Source of the DNA: Candidatus Poribacteria bacterium
Lineage (GTDB): Bacteria > Poribacteria > WGA-4E > PCPOR2b
Reading direction: 5' to 3'
Length of the DNA stretch: 64,000 nucleotides
NCBI GenBank assembly: GCA_965208675.1
Contig: OZ242351.1
Location: 2,400,001-2,464,000, forward strand
Shown: positions 59,956 through 64,000 of the stretch, piece after piece
Position numbering within the stretch: position 1 is the first letter of the stretch
How the letters are laid out: each line of letters opens with the position of its first letter
Made by a program: the position numbers and the translations under genes
The notes under the pieces: model-generated
Databases searched by the model: none
Told to the model about the DNA's origin: nothing
Seen by the model: the letters and a program-made list of their open reading frames with translations, nothing else

Positions 59956-62900
59956 TTACTGAATTTTTATACTGCCCCACGTAACTAGATTATACTGAGT
60001 AATCAGAGGTTGAAACCAAGATAAAGCTGAGTGTGCGTCTTGAACACTTATAACTTGCCTGCGATACTCCTCAAACCTCATATCCATACGTAAATCAACC
60101 ACCGTTCTTCCCCAAGAAAGTTGCCAGGCGATATGGAAGTAGGACTGGGTTGCCGAAGCATGTTGTTCCATGCCTAAGTTCAGGGTCGTTAATTCATGCC
60201 TATTGAACGCATAAAACGATTTGTCCGGAGGCGGATCTCGCCAAGGTGAACGTCCGCGAAAACGATTGTACTTCCGCTGCCACGCATGAGTTACTTCGTG
60301 AATCAAAATACCCAATGCGTTTGTGACATCGGCGGTAAGTGAACCGTTGCTACCAAAAGCATCGGATGTTGTCGATCCTGCATTGAGACCGGCATAGAAG
60401 TCCGGATTAACTGCGATTCTGTGCTTACCGTCTCGAAATTCTAGATACTTTCCTCTTACGGGCTTTCCTCGACTGTCAAAAAGAGGCTTTATAGTTATAT
60501 CCAACTCATCCGCAGATATGGATCCGTTAAATACCATATCCACAGCATACGACTCCAATGCACTTAGGGCTCTCAACCCCGTCGGGTCGATAAACGCCAA
60601 CGGATTGTTATTCGCATAGGCATACCAGTTGATGCCATCTCCGGCGGGATCTCGCTGATTAAACCTGCCAGTGTAGGGGTCATAGCCGACGGGACGCCCG
60701 GGGAAATGGTATAATTTTACATCACTTTCATACTCTTTACCCGTGAACTTGCGCGCGTTGTCGGTCGTGCCGACTTCAGAGCGCACTGCGCCGAACACGT
60801 CGTACTCATACCGCACAAGCACATTCTTGTTATCGTCCGTTAAGACGATGTTGCTGCCCAAAGCGTTGGGGTGGTGGTATTCATAGCGTCCCATCTGATT
60901 GTTTGACAACTTAGTTATCTCAGCGTCGCTTAGCGCAGCGTCGTAGATGGATACATCGTCGAGATAACCGTTGAGGTGGTGGTTAGTCGCATCATAAAAT
61001 CCCATCCACAACGCCTTGGTCGTTGCCGCCAACGACGCTGTTGATGCCGTTGAAGCCGTGTCTTTGGTGCCGCCGATAAAGACGCGGAGTTCGCTGCCGT
61101 CATACCGAGCCGCCACATGCTTCCATGTGTTTAAGGGGATGGTCGTTGCACTGGTGACGGTCTTGGTTGTCCCGCTGAACAGCACCTCGAACTGAACCGC
61201 GCCGGTGCTAGTTATCCAGAGCCGATACCCGTTAGAGGCGTTTGCCTTTTTGACCAGATTCCCGCTCGCCACAGTGGACCGCTTCACCCAACAACTGATG
61301 GTTAGTGTATTGCCAACAAGGTCTAAGGCATCACTGTCTGCGACTTTTACGACATCGTTAGTGCCGTCAAAAAGGAGGCTACCCCCGTTTTCAGTGCTCC
61401 AAGCAGGCTTTTTGTTTTCAGTGCCGCCGCCCAGCGTGCCGTTCTGGCTGCCGTCAACGTCATGCGCCACAGTGCCGGTGCCTTCATCAAAGTGCCAATG
61501 CGCAACGGCATTGTGTTTCCGGCGATATACAACGCCGTTGCCGCCATAGAGATAGCTGGCCGTGATGTTCTTGCTTGAATCCAATTCTAGCACCGGCATC
61601 AAGCCGTCGTAAAGAAAATACCTTGTGCCCTGGCTGTCCGAGACTTTCACCCGTTTGCCCCCGCCGTCGTAGGCGTATGTGAGCGTCTGTGTCACCGTGT
61701 TGTTTCGGGTCTTCTGAATCTGTTTCAACTGCGAACCGAATCCGTAGGTAAATGCGTCCGAATCCGTGCCTTCGCTCCGTTGCGTCAGCTTCCCTTCAGC
61801 ATCGTAGGTGTAATTCATCGTCGAGAAGTCGGTATCTTCAGGCACTAGTGAACGGTAGGTCAATTGGTTGCTGTTGGTGGCAACCGTGTAGGTCGTCGTG
61901 CCATCAACGCTGCTCACCTGTGTGAGCCGGTTGCCGGACTTGTCGTAGGTGTAGCTGACGGTCTCGTTCCCGTAGTTGGCGCTAGTCAAGCGTGAGATAT
62001 TATCGTAACCGAATGTGAACGTCTTGCTTGACCCGCCGGCGCCGGTATCGTCTCTCACCAACTGCGTCACATTCGATTTGTCGTCGTAGGTGTAGGTTAA
62101 GGAACTGAGCGTAGTGGAAGCGTCCTTCTTGTACGTCAGCGTGCTTAAGCGGTTGACGTTATCAAGCGTTCGATGCGCGGTGATGCCGTTTGGAACCGTG
62201 ACTTTCTTCAACGCCCCGATGTCGAAGTAACCGTAGCTTTCGGTCTTGTTAGCAAGCACGTCCTTAACCGTCAGCAGCCGGTTGGCTTCGTCGTAGGTAT
62301 ACTGGACATCGTATAACTTTGTGGTTGTGCTGCCGGTAGTTGGATTGACGTACATGCGCGTCCGCATCGAAGAATCGTCGTATTCGTAGACGGTCTTATA
62401 ACCCAAGAGCGAATCGGTGCGGTTCTTGATGCGGTTGAGTTGGTCGTGCGTGAAGGTATAGGTGTAAGTATTCGCGCCGTCGTTGGTCTTTTGGGTAAGC
62501 ACGTTGTCGCCCAAGTCGTAGGTGTAGTCTACGACCTCGCCCGTCTTGTAGCTGACTTTCGAGAGGCGGTTGAGGTTGTCGTAGGTATTGCTGACGGCGG
62601 GGCTGGTTTCAGTGCCGGTTTGGCTCGTCCACGCCTTCGTAACCTGATTCAGGGTATTGTAGCGCGTCTCCACCCAATCGCCGTCGGGCAAGGTCTGCTT
62701 AGTCACTCTGCCGAGTTCATCGACGGTATAGTTGGTTATCAAGCCGCGGGGGTCTTTGGTCTGGGAAATGTCGCCGGCAATGTTGTAGACCGTTTCGGCT
62801 GTAGCGTATGGAGTCGTCCAGTTATCCTTGAAGCTGTGGGCTTTGACGGCGCGGTTCATGGCGTCGTATTCGGTTTTGGTCTGGGCTATTAGCGTGCCGG

Positions 62901-64000
62901 TCTGCCAGTTGTTCTTGCGGACTTGGGTCTGGGTGACGTTGCCGTTCTTGTCGTAGGTTGGGATGGTGTGCATGTTATCGGCAACGCGCCGGGTGTATTT
63001 TAGCTTTCTATCTTTCCAGTAGGCGTATTCGGTGCGTCTGCCCTGCGCGTCAATGTCTGCCGTTTTCAACCCGCGGTTGACATCCCACTCGGATTTGGTC
63101 TTGATGATATGGTCTGCACCGTTTACTGTGACGGTGGTCTTGACCTCGATTGGATACGTGTGATGGGTCGCATCATAGACAGTCTCCACAACCTTCTCTT
63201 GCGTTGTCCCCGGCATGAAGGTGGTCTTGGTTCGGTTGCCGTAGGAGTCGTAGGTGTGCTTGGTGATGATGTCGTGGTCGACGGCGTGGGGCTGTGTGCC
63301 GGTATTGGCTTTGCTGCGCTGCTCGGTGAGATTTCCCTTCGAGTCGTAGGTGAACGTCGTCTTATGCCCCATCGGGTCTATCTGCCAGAGGGGGCGGTTA
63401 AACTTTGTCTCGTAGTCCGCCGTCCATTTGCGGAAAACAGAGCCATTCGTGGTATCTATCTGTTCCCAATTCGTGGCGTTGCCCATCTGACTGTTGTGGG
63501 TGGCATTTGTGCCCGCATAGTAGATTTTGTACAGAAAATCCAGGCTGGAAGAAGCACCGCCATGTTGCGATCTAATAAGATTTCTATTGGAGTATACCCA
63601 ACGCGAATCGGCATAAGACGCCCGCGGCATTTTCACACCTTTTACATATATCCAGCGTCTGCTTCCCAAACCGTGGTGTTTAGCAATGACGGCGCTTGAG
63701 GTGACAGTATAGCCGGCGTAATGCCGGTCGCTTCCGCTTTCTATGGCATGACGGCGGTTGTTATGTCTACTAGTAATAAAATAGTACCGGCGATATACTA
63801 TGTCCCCGTGAATGCTGCCTGCCTTGGGAAGATTTCTGACGTACACAGTTGACACCTGGAGGTGCTTGAGTCCATAGTTATATAAATAGCTAATTGTGGT
63901 TCGAGAGCCCAACGGAGAGACGATTGCTGAGAGATAGCGATAGTTATTCTTGTAGTAGGTTTCGTATTCGTATTGAGTCTTTAACTCACTGCCGCGGGGG
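59956..64000 (-). CDS. Rhs/YD-repeat polymorphic toxin with an inserted LamG domain and an HExxH metallopeptidase-like C-terminal tip (5' end outside the window)
   Basis: YD repeats; core motifs YEYDVFG, FTGKE, YDP..GRF...DP and YA.NNP..FIDPTG; tip with IHEVTHAWQ and MEQHA. The frame stays open to the window edge. Confidence 0.93.
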   Translation of the reverse strand, partial: PRGSELKTQYEYETYYKNNYRYLSAIVSPLGSRTTISYLYNYGLKHLQVSTVYVRNLPKAGSIHGDIVYRRYYFITSRHNNRRHAIESGSDRHYAGYTVTSSAVIAKHHGLGSRRWIYVKGVKMPRASYADSRWVYSNRNLIRSQHGGASSSLDFLYKIYYAGTNATHNSQMGNATNWEQIDTTNGSVFRKWTADYETKFNRPLWQIDPMGHKTTFTYDSKGNLTEQRSKANTGTQPHAVDHDIITKHTYDSYGNRTKTTFMPGTTQEKVVETVYDATHHTYPIEVKTTVTVNGADHIIKTKSEWDVNRGLKTADIDAQGRRTEYAYWKDRKLKYTRRVADNMHTIPTYDKNGNVTQTQVRKNNWQTGTLIAQTKTEYDAMNRAVKAHSFKDNWTTPYATAETVYNIAGDISQTKDPRGLITNYTVDELGRVTKQTLPDGDWVETRYNTLNQVTKAWTSQTGTETSPAVSNTYDNLNRLSKVSYKTGEVVDYTYDLGDNVLTQKTNDGANTYTYTFTHDQLNRIKNRTDSLLGYKTVYEYDDSSMRTRMYVNPTTGSTTTKLYDVQYTYDEANRLLTVKDVLANKTESYGYFDIGALKKVTVPNGITAHRTLDNVNRLSTLTYKKDASTTLSSLTYTYDDKSNVTQLVRDDTGAGGSSKTFTFGYDNISRLTSANYGNETVSYTYDKSGNRLTQVSSVDGTTTYTVATNSNQLTYRSLVPEDTDFSTMNYTYDAEGKLTQRSEGTDSDAFTYGFGSQLKQIQKTRNNTVTQTLTYAYDGGGKRVKVSDSQGTRYFLYDGLMPVLELDSSKNITASYLYGGNGVVYRRKHNAVAHWHFDEGTGTVAHDVDGSQNGTLGGGTENKKPAWSTENGGSLLFDGTNDVVKVADSDALDLVGNTLTISCWVKRSTVASGNLVKKANASNGYRLWITSTGAVQFEVLFSGTTKTVTSATTIPLNTWKHVAARYDGSELRVFIGGTKDTASTASTASLAATTKALWMGFYDATNHHLNGYLDDVSIYDAALSDAEITKLSNNQMGRYEYHHPNALGSNIVLTDDNKNVLVRYEYDVFGAVRSEVGTTDNARKFTGKEYESDVKLYHFPGRPVGYDPYTGRFNQRDPAGDGINWYAYANNNPLAFIDPTGLRALSALESYAVDMVFNGSISADELDITIKPLFDSRGKPVRGKYLEFRDGKHRIAVNPDFYAGLNAGSTTSDAFGSNGSLTADVTNALGILIHEVTHAWQRKYNRFRGRSPWRDPPPDKSFYAFNRHELTTLNLGMEQHASATQSYFHIAWQLSWGRTVVDLRMDMRFEEYRRQVISVQDAHSALSWFQPLITQYNLVTWGSIKIQ

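Noticed and set aside
62440-63699. Plus-strand ORFs 62440-62892 and 63109-63699 (and similar antisense ORFs elsewhere)
   Set aside because: They are shadow ORFs antisense to well-supported genes, produced by codon bias.

Overview
Bacterial chromosomal window, most likely from Candidatus Poribacteria or a relative. This is an inference from the secreted LamG protein, the PhyH-type dioxygenase, the CRTAC1/TPR pair, the GTAG-type palindromic repeats and a C-terminal TWGxIK motif. Core genes (prmA, rplM-rpsI-purA, tRNA-Lys, tRNA-Glu, pspA, tgt, nusB) are interleaved with two accessory regions. (1) About 15-33 kb is a repeat-rich island with small membrane proteins, three DUF805-like genes, a DUF2280-like gene, three beta-repeat paralogs and an operon of two paralogous unknown proteins plus a Cre-like recombinase with altered catalytic residues. 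(2) About 45.3-64 kb is the most notable locus. An Rhs/YD-repeat protein, truncated at the window edge, has a LamG domain inserted in its Rhs core, a DPTG cleavage motif, an HExxH metallopeptidase-like tip and a terminal TWGSIK motif. It is followed by about 15 co-oriented secreted or lipoprotein genes built from shuffled modules (Ig-like, HEAT, SMI1/KNR4). This array also contains vestigial toxin-like tails in spacers, several single nonsense mutations and an IS5 insertion. No CRISPR array or rRNA was seen. All family calls are from motif recognition by eye, not database searches.
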